Assembly (NCBI GenBank): GCA_052034935.1
Contig: JBPOIB010000007.1
Coordinates: 134-64,133 of the forward strand
From: Candidatus Moraniibacteriota bacterium
GTDB taxonomy: Bacteria > Patescibacteriota > Minisyncoccia > Moranbacterales > UBA1568
DNA: 64,000 nt
Reading direction: 5' to 3'
Below, one piece after another: positions 18,303-28,068 of this stretch (its first letter is position 1; each line of letters opens with the position of its first letter). Under the pieces are notes generated by a model. The model was not told where the DNA came from and made no database searches. It was given only the letters and a program-made list of their open reading frames with translations. Position numbers and translations under genes: made by a program.

Positions 18303-18785
18303 ATGGACGTGTTTCTCATCATCGGCACTCTCCTCGCCATTGTCGGTGTCATCGGCAGCATCATTCCCGCCCTCCCCGGTCCCATACTCGGATACGGAGC
18401 GCTTGTTCTTTTGTATTTCAGGGAAGGCAGTGAAGGCATATCCCCTCTCTCACTTGGGATTTTCGGCACACTCCTTGTTTTCGTCACCATTTTTTCGTAT
18501 GCAGCACCCGTCTGGGGCGCTCGTTTCTCGGGCGCATCAAAGACAGGTACGATCGGCGCCTGTATCGGCGCGATTCTCGGACTCATTTTCTTCCTGCCGC
18601 TTGGGATCTTCATCGGTGCCTTTGTGGGTGCAGTGATCGGTGAGCTTTCTACCGGGAAAGATGGCTCAGCCGCCCTCAAAGCAGGACTCGGCACCCTTCT
18701 CGGATCCGTCATGGTCATTTTTCTTCAGGCTATCTTTGCGCTGACAATGGCCGGATTCTTCTTCTACGCGCTCATTCGCAACTAA
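18303..18785 (+). CDS. DUF456-family membrane protein
   Basis: 160 aa; four TM helices; Gly-rich. Confidence 0.6.
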   Translation: MDVFLIIGTLLAIVGVIGSIIPALPGPILGYGALVLLYFREGSEGISPLSLGIFGTLLVFVTIFSYAAPVWGARFSGASKTGTIGACIGAILGLIFFLPLGIFIGAFVGAVIGELSTGKDGSAALKAGLGTLLGSVMVIFLQAIFALTMAGFFFYALIRN

Positions 18786-18791
18786 CTGGCT

Positions 18792-19499
18792 ATGCATACC
18801 CGACTTTTTCCTGCTTCGAAACGTGGCCATATCTCGTGGGACTGGCTCGATACCTATCACTCGTTCAGTTTCGGCCATTTCTACGATCCTGAGCTCATGG
18901 GTTTCGGTGCGCTCCGTGTCGTGAATGATGACACCATCGCTCCCGGCCAAGGTTTCGGGAAGCATCCGCACAGCGACATAGAGATCATCACCATCCCCCT
19001 CTCGGGTGCCGTCCTGCACGAGGACAATACCGGCAGCCACGGCATCACGCCCGCTGGTTCGGTTCAGGTCATGTCGGCCGGCCGTCATGTCGCCCACTCG
19101 GAAAGAAATGCTTCGGCGACTGAACCACTTTCACTCTTTCAGATTTGGATCGAGCCGAGGAGCTACGGCATCGACCCGCGCTATGAAGAAAAATCCTTTG
19201 ATCCGAAAGAAAGAGAAAACAGATGGCAGCTCCTTGTTTCCGGCGATGGCCGTCAGGGATCGCTCTCTATCCATCAGGACGCCTTCATCTCACTTGGTCG
19301 CTTCAAGGCTAGCGATTCATTCTCCTACGAACTCAAGAAACCGGATAATGTCGTCTTTCTCATGGTCGTCGAAGGAAAGGTCATCCTCAACCAAGAAATC
19401 CTCAATCGCCGCGATGCGATTGGTATTTCTGACACTCTGATCTTCACCGGCACAATGAGCGAGACCGGCGAGCTCATGGCTATCGAAATTCCCGCCTGA
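18792..19499 (+). CDS. Pirin-family protein (cupin; quercetinase/YhhW-like)
   Basis: HPHSDIEIITIPLSG metal-binding cupin motif; 235 aa. Confidence 0.85.
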   Translation: MHTRLFPASKRGHISWDWLDTYHSFSFGHFYDPELMGFGALRVVNDDTIAPGQGFGKHPHSDIEIITIPLSGAVLHEDNTGSHGITPAGSVQVMSAGRHVAHSERNASATEPLSLFQIWIEPRSYGIDPRYEEKSFDPKERENRWQLLVSGDGRQGSLSIHQDAFISLGRFKASDSFSYELKKPDNVVFLMVVEGKVILNQEILNRRDAIGISDTLIFTGTMSETGELMAIEIPA

Positions 19500-19524
19500 T
19501 TCAGAGTATCGAATCGAACTATCG

Positions 19525-19555
19525 AAAAACCACCCGATTACTCGGGTGGTTTTTC
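19525..19555. terminator. Bidirectional intrinsic terminator between the pirin and RRM genes
   Basis: AAAAACCACCCG-attact-CGGGTGGTTTTT: 7-bp GC stem flanked by an A-run and a T-run. Confidence 0.8.
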
Positions 19556-19574
19556 GTAAGATCAGAAAAGATCT

Positions 19575-19841
19575 TTAGGCCTGGTCTCGGTTCTCGAGCG
19601 GGCGCGCCTCATTGACTGTGAGGGTGCGACCGTCAAGTTCCTTGCCGTGCCAGATTTCGATGGCTTTTGCAGCCTCTTCCACAGTGGACATCTCGACGAA
19701 CCCGAAACCGCGTGAGCGGCCAGTGGCTCGGTCGATGATGATCTTCGTAGAGACAACCGAACCGGCTTGCGAGAAGGCGACCTTGAGGTCTTCTTCTGTG
19801 GAGCGGTACGGAATGCCACCGACGTACAGACGTGTCGACAT
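19575..19841 (-). CDS. RRM-type RNA-binding protein (RNP-1/RNP-2), about 88 aa
   Basis: RNP-2 LYVGGI and RNP-1 RGFGFVEM. The track ORF starts at 19898; internal start MSTRLYVGG preferred. Confidence 0.8.
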   Translation of the reverse strand: MSTRLYVGGIPYRSTEEDLKVAFSQAGSVVSTKIIIDRATGRSRGFGFVEMSTVEEAAKAIEIWHGKELDGRTLTVNEARPLENRDQA

Positions 19842-20061
19842 AGTGTAAAACTCTCTAGTTATGCAATCTATGTAAGACGACCTTCTGGCTTCATTCACGT
19901 AACAAGCGGCACCCGGAGGGTGCGAAACACTGTCGACGCCGAAATTCCGACCGAGAAAACCTTACTGTTGCATTTGGACCATAGCACAGATAAGCCATAA
20001 AGGCAAGGTCTGGCAGAATATGCTACAATAGGGGCGGAAAAGTAATAACCAAACGAACTGT

Positions 20062-20286
20062 ATGCAGAAAACGACGCATTTCGCGGTCTCTCGGGACAAG
20101 AACGGTGGCTATCGATGGAAACTCATCGGCGGCAATGGCGAATCAGTCGCAACCGGCGAGAGTTACAAGACCCGGCGAGCGATGATGAACGCGATTACGA
20201 ACCTTCGTCATTGGGCTGCAACCGATCGAATCGAGGAGGCGAAAACGAAGAAGAAAGTTGTGAAGAAATCAGCCGAACAGGCCTAG
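20062..20286 (+). CDS. DUF1508 (YegP/UPF0339) domain protein
   Basis: KNGGYRWKLIGGNGESVATGESYKTRRAMMNAI matches the YegP repeat. Confidence 0.7.
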   Translation: MQKTTHFAVSRDKNGGYRWKLIGGNGESVATGESYKTRRAMMNAITNLRHWAATDRIEEAKTKKKVVKKSAEQA

Positions 20287-21263
20287 CCCGCGAAAGCGGG
20301 TTTTTTCTTACCTTCGGACTCGGGCAGTATCCAGCCATTCTTCCGGACCAGCCACTGGAAAAGAATGAGTCCGATATTCCAGGGCAGCATTGAAAGGATC
20401 ACTACCATCACGGCGGCGGGATCACGGAAAATAGTTTCCGCCAAAAATATCGCGAGCGTGAAATTCATATACGAGAGCGAGAGTGTCACCGTCAGACGGT
20501 CTGTTCGGGAACGCCAAAAACAAGCAAAATAGCAGGCGATATGGAAGAGAATGAGTAGTCCCGACATAAGCAAGAATGCCTTCAGTGAGTCATCGCTCAT
20601 CAGTCCGGAGAGTATTTCGGCATTGTGTTTTGAGGCGATGCTCGCGATGAGGAGCCATAATGCCATGATCGATCCCGTGCGCGCGACCGATTGAGATGTA
20701 TGGATAAGATATTTTCCGTATGAAAAGTGCCGGACGAGCTGTGATATGAAAAGCGGCAACACCATGACCGTGAGCAGTGTCCGGAATATCGTGGATGGCT
20801 CGAAAGCAGTGGCGCCAGGGCCGAGGAATGAAAGGACTATAGGGAGCGAGAACACCGAGAGAAGCGATGTCCCAGCAGTCACAAAAAGCGAAAGGGGGAC
20901 ATTGCCACGAATCATATCCACAAAAAGTGGTGAGGTCATCCCGGCTGGCATGGCCGAAAGCAAAACCAGTGGTGCCAGAAGCTCCGGGAAAAAAATGATC
21001 GACAGGCCAGCGACAAAAACGGGGAAAGCGATGAGCCGGAGGAAACCGACCGCAAACAGGAGCTTGACGTCTCGAAATTCAGTAAGGATAGACCCAAGGT
21101 CAATCCGAAGACCGCTCACAAAAAATATGAACTGCAGAAAAAATACGGTCAGTCCGTGAACTGATGCGAACCACTCAGGGAAGAACAGCCCAGCCGCCAG
21201 AGCAGCCGCCAATCCCAGGAATGGCAGGTCATCCAACCGATGATGGATACCGGTGTGAGACAT
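20283..21263 (-). CDS. Sodium-dependent transporter of the bile acid:Na+ symporter (BASS/SBF) superfamily
   Basis: 326 aa, about 9-10 TM helices, SBF-like repeats. Confidence 0.5.
   Translation of the reverse strand: MSHTGIHHRLDDLPFLGLAAALAAGLFFPEWFASVHGLTVFFLQFIFFVSGLRIDLGSILTEFRDVKLLFAVGFLRLIAFPVFVAGLSIIFFPELLAPLVLLSAMPAGMTSPLFVDMIRGNVPLSLFVTAGTSLLSVFSLPIVLSFLGPGATAFEPSTIFRTLLTVMVLPLFISQLVRHFSYGKYLIHTSQSVARTGSIMALWLLIASIASKHNAEILSGLMSDDSLKAFLLMSGLLILFHIACYFACFWRSRTDRLTVTLSLSYMNFTLAIFLAETIFRDPAAVMVVILSMLPWNIGLILFQWLVRKNGWILPESEGKKKPAFAG
20284..20306 (+). terminator. Intrinsic terminator after the DUF1508 gene
   Basis: CCCGCGAAAGCGGG followed by TTTTTTCTT. Confidence 0.7.
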
Positions 21264-21266
21264 GTC

Positions 21267-21893
21267 CTAGTGTTCATCAAGAATCGGTTTGATCTCGTCC
21301 AGGATCCGATCGGCGATTTTTTCATAGCCGCGGTCATTCGGATGGATCGTATCGCTCATGAGCGTAGAATCACCGAAGACACCCTTGAGCGCGTCGGCGA
21401 TACTGAGTGCCTCACTCTTTTCGGCCAGAGCCTCATACTCTCCATCCGCTCCCCCACCAATTAGACCGCTCCGCACCCCGATAAGGACGACCGCCGCGCC
21501 ATCGGACTGAAAGCCGGCAATGATCTTTTCAAGATTCGCGAAGGTTTCCGTTCGCGGTACTTTCTGAAGAAAATCATTCCCCCCAAGGAGAATCAGTACG
21601 AGCCGCGGTTTCTCACTCCGTGCCGCTGTAAGTCGGGCGAGAACCTGTCGAGTCGTATCCCCCGAGACGCCATAATTGAGGACCGGTTCACCGAGGGACT
21701 CGCCGAGTAGTGTAGGTAGATCGTGGCCGACACTTGCCCCCACTCCTGCGACCAGACTATCACCAAAAAAGAGTATCGGCCCAGTCGAACGAAGCGGTAC
21801 GTTTTTTATCGCCGTATCGTCGACTAAAAAATACCAGACGAATCCTCCGGCTAAAACAAACGCACCGATTACTCCGGCTACTTTCAGCGACAT
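21267..21893 (-). CDS. SGNH/GDSL hydrolase (arylesterase/lysophospholipase L1-like)
   Basis: FFGDSLVAG block I; GGNDF block III; DTIHPN block V. Confidence 0.8.
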   Translation of the reverse strand: MSLKVAGVIGAFVLAGGFVWYFLVDDTAIKNVPLRSTGPILFFGDSLVAGVGASVGHDLPTLLGESLGEPVLNYGVSGDTTRQVLARLTAARSEKPRLVLILLGGNDFLQKVPRTETFANLEKIIAGFQSDGAAVVLIGVRSGLIGGGADGEYEALAEKSEALSIADALKGVFGDSTLMSDTIHPNDRGYEKIADRILDEIKPILDEH

Positions 21894-21896
21894 AGT

Positions 21897-22403
21897 CTAG
21901 TCTGGAATAAACTTAAGCGCCGCCCCGTTCATGCAGTAGCGTAGTCCGGTCGGAGCAGGACCATCAGCAAAGACATGACCCAGGTGTCCACCGGCGGTTG
22001 AAAGTACCTCCGTGCGTTCACCGAAAAGATCACCGTCCGGCCGAGTCAGGATAGCATCAGGGGAAATCGGCCGGGTAAAGCTCGGCCACCCCGTACCGGA
22101 ATCAAACTTATCTTCCGAGCGAAACAGTGGCTTTCCGGTATCGACAGCGACATAGGTGCCGGGACGCTTCTCATCATTGAGCGGACTCGAAAACGGCTTT
22201 TCCGTCCCCGCCTCACGGAGAATCTTATATGCCTCGGGAGAAAGCCGGCTCCGCCACTCATCTTCCGGCTCAGGAGCGGACAGAGAGAGCATTTGGCGTT
22301 CTTTCGCATCAGTCTGTTTATCATGCTGCCATAAGAAAACAACGGCTACTCCGACCGCGAACAGTCCGCCAACGATGAGAAGTTTCCAGAAAGAGGATTC
22401 CAT
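21897..22403 (-). CDS. msrB: Peptide-methionine (R)-S-oxide reductase MsrB with N-terminal membrane anchor
   Basis: GTGWPSF, HLGHVF, RYCMN motifs. Confidence 0.85.
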   Translation of the reverse strand: MESSFWKLLIVGGLFAVGVAVVFLWQHDKQTDAKERQMLSLSAPEPEDEWRSRLSPEAYKILREAGTEKPFSSPLNDEKRPGTYVAVDTGKPLFRSEDKFDSGTGWPSFTRPISPDAILTRPDGDLFGERTEVLSTAGGHLGHVFADGPAPTGLRYCMNGAALKFIPD

Positions 22404-22439
22404 AGATTCTTTGCTAATTGTAGCAAAGAACGACTTTAT

Positions 22440-23213
22440 TTACGCTCTCAGGCCACGTCCCGTCTTGAACAAATACCATGTGTAGGCAAAGAGTACCGTT
22501 GTGAGACCGATGAGTAAGTTCGCGGCGAAGATCACTGATACGTCAGAAACTCCGAGGAACCCGTACCGGAAACCATTAACCATATAAAGGATCGGGTTCC
22601 ACTGTGAGACGGATTGCCAGAACGGCGGTAGCATCGTAATGGAATAGAACACGCCACCCAGATACGTCAGCGGCGTCAGAACGAAATTCGGTACGATTGA
22701 AATTCCGTCGAAACCATTAGCGAAGACGCCATTTAGCAATCCGGCCAGAGAGAAAAGCACTGAGGTGAGGAGTGCAAAAAGAAGCATGATTCCGGGATGA
22801 GCCATTGGGACATCGGTAAAAAAACTCGCGACAACCATAACCAATGCTGCTACTGTCATCCCACGAAGTACGCCTCCCGAGACATAGCCAGCGATGACAA
22901 CCGGGTATGGGGTCGGTGAGACCATGATTTCCTCGAGTGTTTTCTGGAATTTTGCAAAGTAGAATGACGATACAGTATGCATGAAGGAGCTCGTGATGAC
23001 TGACATCATGATAAGACCGGGAATGATGAATTCCATGTAAGAGTAGCCGTTGATTGGCGCGATCTGCGAGCCGATGAAACCGCCAAAGATGACGAAATAC
23101 AGCGACATCGTGACGACCGGTGGCAGAAGTGTCTGCGACCATACCCGCAGATACCGCAGCGTCTCTTTTCGGACAATTGTGTAGTAGGCGACCAACAGTT
23201 CTGTTCCGGTCAT
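22440..23213 (-). CDS. ABC-2 type transporter permease
   Basis: 257 aa, six TM helices. Confidence 0.75.
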   Translation of the reverse strand: MTGTELLVAYYTIVRKETLRYLRVWSQTLLPPVVTMSLYFVIFGGFIGSQIAPINGYSYMEFIIPGLIMMSVITSSFMHTVSSFYFAKFQKTLEEIMVSPTPYPVVIAGYVSGGVLRGMTVAALVMVVASFFTDVPMAHPGIMLLFALLTSVLFSLAGLLNGVFANGFDGISIVPNFVLTPLTYLGGVFYSITMLPPFWQSVSQWNPILYMVNGFRYGFLGVSDVSVIFAANLLIGLTTVLFAYTWYLFKTGRGLRA

Positions 23214-23218
23214 AGACT

Positions 23219-24136
23219 TCAGGCTTTATTGGTTTTCTGGACGAAGAATTCTTCGAGCCGATTCGTCTTATTCCGAAGGCTTTTCACTTCTAGGCCGAGA
23301 CTATGGAGAGCGAGGATAGCCTTATCTAGAGTCGCATCCTTGGTGAGGGTGAGTTCGACCGACCGGTCTCCCGGCACAGCGGAAAACGGCTGGAGTTTTG
23401 CCAAATCCTGTTCCAGAATCGATGTCCCGAGATCGAAAACAAATGTCTCTTTCTCCATCGATGCAAGTAGGGACTTGATTTCGCCTCGCTCCACAATCTC
23501 ACCCTGACTGATAATGGCCACGTGCCGGCAGAGCTGCTCTGCTTCTTCCAGGTAATGAGTCGTGAGGATAATCGTCACACCTGACTCATTGAGCTCGCGG
23601 AGAAAGTCCCACATTCCGCGTCGAAGCTCGATATCAACGCCGGCCGTTGGCTCATCGAGAATGAGCAGTCTCGGTTCATGGACGAGGCCGCGGGCAATCA
23701 TGAGTCGGCGCTTCATCCCGCCAGACAGTGAGCGCGCTGTTTCATGCCGCTTCTCCCACAACCCAAGCTTTTTCAGGTATTTTTCCGCCGCAATTGCCGC
23801 CTTTTTCCGGGGAATACCATAATATCCCGCTTGGTCGATGATGATATTCTCAACCTTCTCGAAGATGCCGAAGTTGAATTCCTGAGGAACGACGCCGACA
23901 TGCTGCTTGGCTTTTGCTGGTTCATCATCAATGGAAAGGCTTCCGATACTAACCATACCCGCATCCTTATTGACGAGACCGGATACGATACCGATGAGTG
24001 TCGTCTTACCGGCGCCGTTGGGGCCGAGGAGCGCGAAGAAATCGCCCTCTTCGACATCGAGCGAGACGCCTTTAAGCGCGCTCACTCCGTTCGCATAGGT
24101 CTTCTTCAGGTCTTTGATCGATAATGCTACGGCCAT
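23219..24136 (-). CDS. ABC transporter ATP-binding protein
   Basis: Walker A GPNGAGKTT; signature LSGGMKRRL; Walker B ILDEPT. Confidence 0.9.
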   Translation of the reverse strand: MAVALSIKDLKKTYANGVSALKGVSLDVEEGDFFALLGPNGAGKTTLIGIVSGLVNKDAGMVSIGSLSIDDEPAKAKQHVGVVPQEFNFGIFEKVENIIIDQAGYYGIPRKKAAIAAEKYLKKLGLWEKRHETARSLSGGMKRRLMIARGLVHEPRLLILDEPTAGVDIELRRGMWDFLRELNESGVTIILTTHYLEEAEQLCRHVAIISQGEIVERGEIKSLLASMEKETFVFDLGTSILEQDLAKLQPFSAVPGDRSVELTLTKDATLDKAILALHSLGLEVKSLRNKTNRLEEFFVQKTNKA

Positions 24137-24143
24137 AAGGGTG

Positions 24144-24662
24144 CTATTTCTGAATCGCCTTCAGCGGCAGATGACCGATGAAATCGGCCTTTCCGAGCGG
24201 CACACCCTCTCTCCGGAGAATGCCGTAGGCGATCGTCACATGAAAAAAGAAATTCGGGAGGGAAGATTCGAACAGCGCCTCCTCGGCCAGAAGGTACGTA
24301 TCCGGAACATACGGAAATAGGATCTGCCGTGAGCTCGCGCCTTCGAACAGCGCCGGGTTGAGTGTCTTGAGGTAATCGACCGTCTTCCGAATTCGCTCAA
24401 TCGCCTGATCGAAAGTCGTTTCAACATCCTCCATCTTCGGTGGTTCCTGTCCGGCCAAGCGTGCGCTGATCCCTTTAGCATGATCAGAAGCAATCTGCAC
24501 CTGACGGATAAGCGGGAACATATCCGGCGCCAGTTTCGCGTCCAGCAGCTCATCTTCTGATTTTCCCTGTTCTTTCGCCCAGCTCTGACTCTTAGCAAGA
24601 ATCTGCGCGAGATTCTCAAGCATCTTCACATAGACCGGCACGGAAGCGTCGTAAAGATTCAT
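24144..24662 (-). CDS. DUF1993-family protein
   Basis: N-terminus MNLYDASVPVYVKMLENL typical of DUF1993. Confidence 0.6.
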   Translation of the reverse strand: MNLYDASVPVYVKMLENLAQILAKSQSWAKEQGKSEDELLDAKLAPDMFPLIRQVQIASDHAKGISARLAGQEPPKMEDVETTFDQAIERIRKTVDYLKTLNPALFEGASSRQILFPYVPDTYLLAEEALFESSLPNFFFHVTIAYGILRREGVPLGKADFIGHLPLKAIQK

Positions 24663-24721
24663 AAAATATATTCAATTGGGTATTTATCTGGACAAAAAAC
24701 CAGCCGAAGCACCAGGCGGCT

Positions 24722-25498
24722 CTATCGAATCTCGTACGTCAGACTGACATTCACCTTTGTTTCGTTCGTACCAGGCTCGATAGCGAGAGCCGCCGCGTTT
24801 GCCGACAGACCCTTGGCACCGTATGCATCGCCCTCAGCTGCACCGCCGCCATAGCCAAACATCTGCTGGGGCGTCTCATAAATCGAAATCAGTTTACCGA
24901 TTTCGAAGCCAGCATCTTTCGCAATCCGAGCCGCTTTCTCCTGGGCAGCTTCGATAGCTTTATTTCTTGCATCAGATTTTGTATCCTCTTCGTCATCCAC
25001 AGTAAAGACGACTTGGGAGACTGTATTCGCACCCTTGGATACCACACCCGAGAGAAGATCCCCGATCTTATCCGTTTCTCGGACCGTCACACGCAGAGTC
25101 TGAGTCAGGGTATAGCCAGCAATTATCGGTTGCGGACAGACTGAAAGGCCGACACAATTCGGGTAGTCATAGCGAGGAGACAGTGTATATTCCTCCGTCT
25201 TGAGATCTTTTTCAGCAACGCCCGATTCTTTCAGGAACGCGTTTACCGCTGCCATTTTTTCGGTATTCGCCTTCTGAACAGCGGCAACATCCCTTCCCTG
25301 ATCAGAAACAACGGAAACGGAAAATTTCGCGACATCGGGCACGATTTCAACCCTACCCTCTCCTTCGACGGTAAAGCTTCGCGTTGGGTACGTCTTGTCC
25401 ACCGAACGACCGAACTCTACCGCGGCAAGAAGTGCAGCAACAGCGATGAGGAGCCAGGAAAGAGATTTTACCGACTGCTGCGTATTTTCGTGAAACAT
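24722..25498 (-). CDS. SIMPL-domain (DUF541) periplasmic protein
   Basis: 258 aa, signal anchor, SIMPL-like repeats. Confidence 0.6.
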   Translation of the reverse strand: MFHENTQQSVKSLSWLLIAVAALLAAVEFGRSVDKTYPTRSFTVEGEGRVEIVPDVAKFSVSVVSDQGRDVAAVQKANTEKMAAVNAFLKESGVAEKDLKTEEYTLSPRYDYPNCVGLSVCPQPIIAGYTLTQTLRVTVRETDKIGDLLSGVVSKGANTVSQVVFTVDDEEDTKSDARNKAIEAAQEKAARIAKDAGFEIGKLISIYETPQQMFGYGGGAAEGDAYGAKGLSANAAALAIEPGTNETKVNVSLTYEIR

Positions 25499-25606
25499 AA
25501 GATGATTACGTTAATTAGCCTTAGTATACGTTGGCTGGCCGGTGACAGCAAGAAAACGAGCTGAAATAAGCCTTAAAAGAAACTCTTTTCGAAACCATCA
25601 CGTATC

Positions 25607-26080
25607 TTAGAAGGCCGACTTCATTTCAGTGAGCGAGTCATTGAACGCTTTGGTCGTCAGGGACGATCCGCCAACCTTGTCGATAGCATTAAGCTCGGAA
25701 AGTTTCTTTCCCTTTACGGCCAGCGGGAATCCCTCGGCGAAAGCGGTTTGTCGCTTTTTGGAAATCTCATTCGTGGCCAACACGTCGGCCTTGGCGTCGA
25801 CAATCATGCCGGTTGAATCAACAAAGAGCGAAAACTTCACATCATCCTTGCCTGAAGGATTACCGTAACTTGCATTGACCGAAATTTCCTTAGCCTCCTT
25901 GTTCGCCGTTACTGGTACCTCCTGTGCTTCCGGAACCATCGATTTTGAGGTTGTCGTTTTCGCAGTCGTCATTGTCGGTTCCGGTTCTGTTTTCGAAGGC
26001 AGCAGGAATTTCACCGCCGCTACGAGTCCCGCCAGAGCGGCGACACCGAGAAATATCGTGCTTTTTTTAATTGGCGCCAT
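25607..26080 (-). CDS. Exported FMN-binding-domain-like protein (paralog of 54632-55090)
   Basis: C-terminal block VKGKKLSELNAIDKVGGSSLTTKAFNDSLTEM is nearly identical to the paralog and resembles the FMN_bind flavinylation region (D-x-V-S-G-A-T-x-T-S). Confidence 0.4.
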   Translation of the reverse strand: MAPIKKSTIFLGVAALAGLVAAVKFLLPSKTEPEPTMTTAKTTTSKSMVPEAQEVPVTANKEAKEISVNASYGNPSGKDDVKFSLFVDSTGMIVDAKADVLATNEISKKRQTAFAEGFPLAVKGKKLSELNAIDKVGGSSLTTKAFNDSLTEMKSAF

Positions 26081-26141
26081 ACTATAGAAAGTAAAGTATT
26101 ACCTCCTCATTCTCTCTCAGCTTGCAGTTTTCATCAACCCC

Positions 26142-27371
26142 CTATTCATAACGAAGCGCCTCGATCGGATTGAGTCGTGCCGCACGGCTGGCCGGATAAT
26201 AGCCAAAGACGATGCCTATGACCGCCGAGACACTGAAAGCGAGGAGTATTGAATTAACCGAGATTTCCGCCGAAAGACCATACCGATTGAGAAGAGAAGC
26301 GATGACGACACCCCAAAAAATCCCGAGGAGACCGCCAACGAACGTAAGGACTACGGCCTCGAAAAGAAATTGGAGCCGGATATCCCGACCACGGGCACCA
26401 ATCGACTTCCGAAGGCCGATCTCCCGGGTGCGTTCAGTGACAGAGGTCAGCATCATATTCATGATTCCGATTCCACCCACGATGAGGGAAATACCTGCGA
26501 CTGCTCCGAGGAGCATTGTTAACGTTTCTGTCACCGTTGACGCTGTCGCAACGATGTCCGCCTGGTTCAGAAGCGAAAAGTCCGCCGTCTCGCCTACTGC
26601 TATCCCATGCGTAGCCATGAGTGCCAATTTTACCTCTTCAGCGGCAATGGCCATATCCTCGCCGGTCCGTATCTGGACATTGATATTCGAAAGGAATTTG
26701 CTACCCGTTAAAAATTGCTGTGCTGTCGCAACAGGGATATAGATGACATCATCCGAACTTCCGAATCCAGTTCCGCCCTTCGCGACGGTCACGCCAATAA
26801 CCGTAAAATCAACGCTGCCGATCCGAACTTTCCTTCCGATCGGGTCAGTCTCGGGAAAAAGCTCGCTCGCGACCTCGGGACCAAGAACGGCCACCTTTGA
26901 CAGCGAGCGCTCATGGGTCGCCGTAAGAAATACACCTTGGGACAGCTGAATATTACGCACCATGGGGTATTCCGACGTAACCCCCATGACACTCGTATTC
27001 GTATTCTTCCCTTCGGCCGTAACCTGTTTTCCTCGTGCCTGAGCTTCCGGGGCGACTGCCTGGACGCTCGGTAAAGCTTCAAGAACAGCAACGTCTTCAA
27101 GCGTAAGCGACTGAGCCGATCCCTGAGCACCTTGGACGGACGAACCAGGGCCTTGCTGCGCGCCGGGACGGATGATGACAAGATTAGATCCAATCGCCTG
27201 GATATTCTCTTTAATCGCCGTCTGGGTCCCTTGGCCGATAGCAACCATGATAATGACCGAGGCAATACCAATCACAATTCCGAGCACGGTCAGACTCGTA
27301 CGTGACTTATTGACGGTCACGGCTGTATAGATTTCCTGGATGAGGTCTGGAGCAAGCATAGGAATATTCAA
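26142..27371 (-). CDS. ABC transporter permease, FtsX/MacB family
   Basis: 409 aa; N-terminal TM, large periplasmic domain, C-terminal FtsX 3-TM bundle. Confidence 0.85.
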   Translation of the reverse strand: MNIPMLAPDLIQEIYTAVTVNKSRTSLTVLGIVIGIASVIIMVAIGQGTQTAIKENIQAIGSNLVIIRPGAQQGPGSSVQGAQGSAQSLTLEDVAVLEALPSVQAVAPEAQARGKQVTAEGKNTNTSVMGVTSEYPMVRNIQLSQGVFLTATHERSLSKVAVLGPEVASELFPETDPIGRKVRIGSVDFTVIGVTVAKGGTGFGSSDDVIYIPVATAQQFLTGSKFLSNINVQIRTGEDMAIAAEEVKLALMATHGIAVGETADFSLLNQADIVATASTVTETLTMLLGAVAGISLIVGGIGIMNMMLTSVTERTREIGLRKSIGARGRDIRLQFLFEAVVLTFVGGLLGIFWGVVIASLLNRYGLSAEISVNSILLAFSVSAVIGIVFGYYPASRAARLNPIEALRYE

Positions 27372-28060
27372 CGGGATTTTCGAGTCAGTACATCACCCAC
27401 AAGTTCGCCATCACGAATTGAAAGGATACGATCAGCATGGTTCGCTACATCATCCTCGTGAGTAATAAGGATGACGGTGTGTCCCAACTCTCGGTTTAGC
27501 CGTTCAAATGTCTCGAGCACTTTCTCTCCGGTCTTGGTATCGAGGTTTCCGGTCGGCTCGTCAGCCAGAATAAGCGCCGGTTCATTCACAAGCGCCCGAG
27601 CAATTGCAACGCGTTGCATCTGCCCGCCCGAAAGCTGATTGGACTTATGCTCCCAGCGCGCTTCTTCCAGACCAACAGCGCGGAGTGCCTTCGCCGCCCG
27701 TTCGGCCCGTTCGGCCCGCGGCGCCTCGAGGTAGACGAGTGGCAACATCACATTGCGCAGCACGCTCGTCCGCGCGAGAAGATTGAATGCCTGGAAGACA
27801 AATCCGATCTTCTCGCGGCGTAACACGGCCAATTCATCCTCGGAAAGCCGAGAGACGTCTTTCTTGTCAAAAAAATATTGACCGGAAGTCGGCGTATCAA
27901 GTGCCCCAAGGATGTGCATAAGCGTTGACTTTCCGCTCCCGCTCGGACCCATGATTGACACGAATTCACCGTCTCGAATCGTGAAAGAGACTCCTTTGAG
28001 GACTTCCGTCCTTTCATCACCATTCACATATGATTTTCTGATGTTTCGGCATTCGAGCAT
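27368..28060 (-). CDS. ABC transporter ATP-binding protein (MacB/LolD-type)
   Basis: [10 protein letters not shown]; [15 protein letters not shown]; overlaps the permease start by 4 nt. Confidence 0.9.
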   Translation of the reverse strand: MLECRNIRKSYVNGDERTEVLKGVSFTIRDGEFVSIMGPSGSGKSTLMHILGALDTPTSGQYFFDKKDVSRLSEDELAVLRREKIGFVFQAFNLLARTSVLRNVMLPLVYLEAPRAERAERAAKALRAVGLEEARWEHKSNQLSGGQMQRVAIARALVNEPALILADEPTGNLDTKTGEKVLETFERLNRELGHTVILITHEDDVANHADRILSIRDGELVGDVLTRKSR

Positions 28061-28068
28061 AGGAAGAG

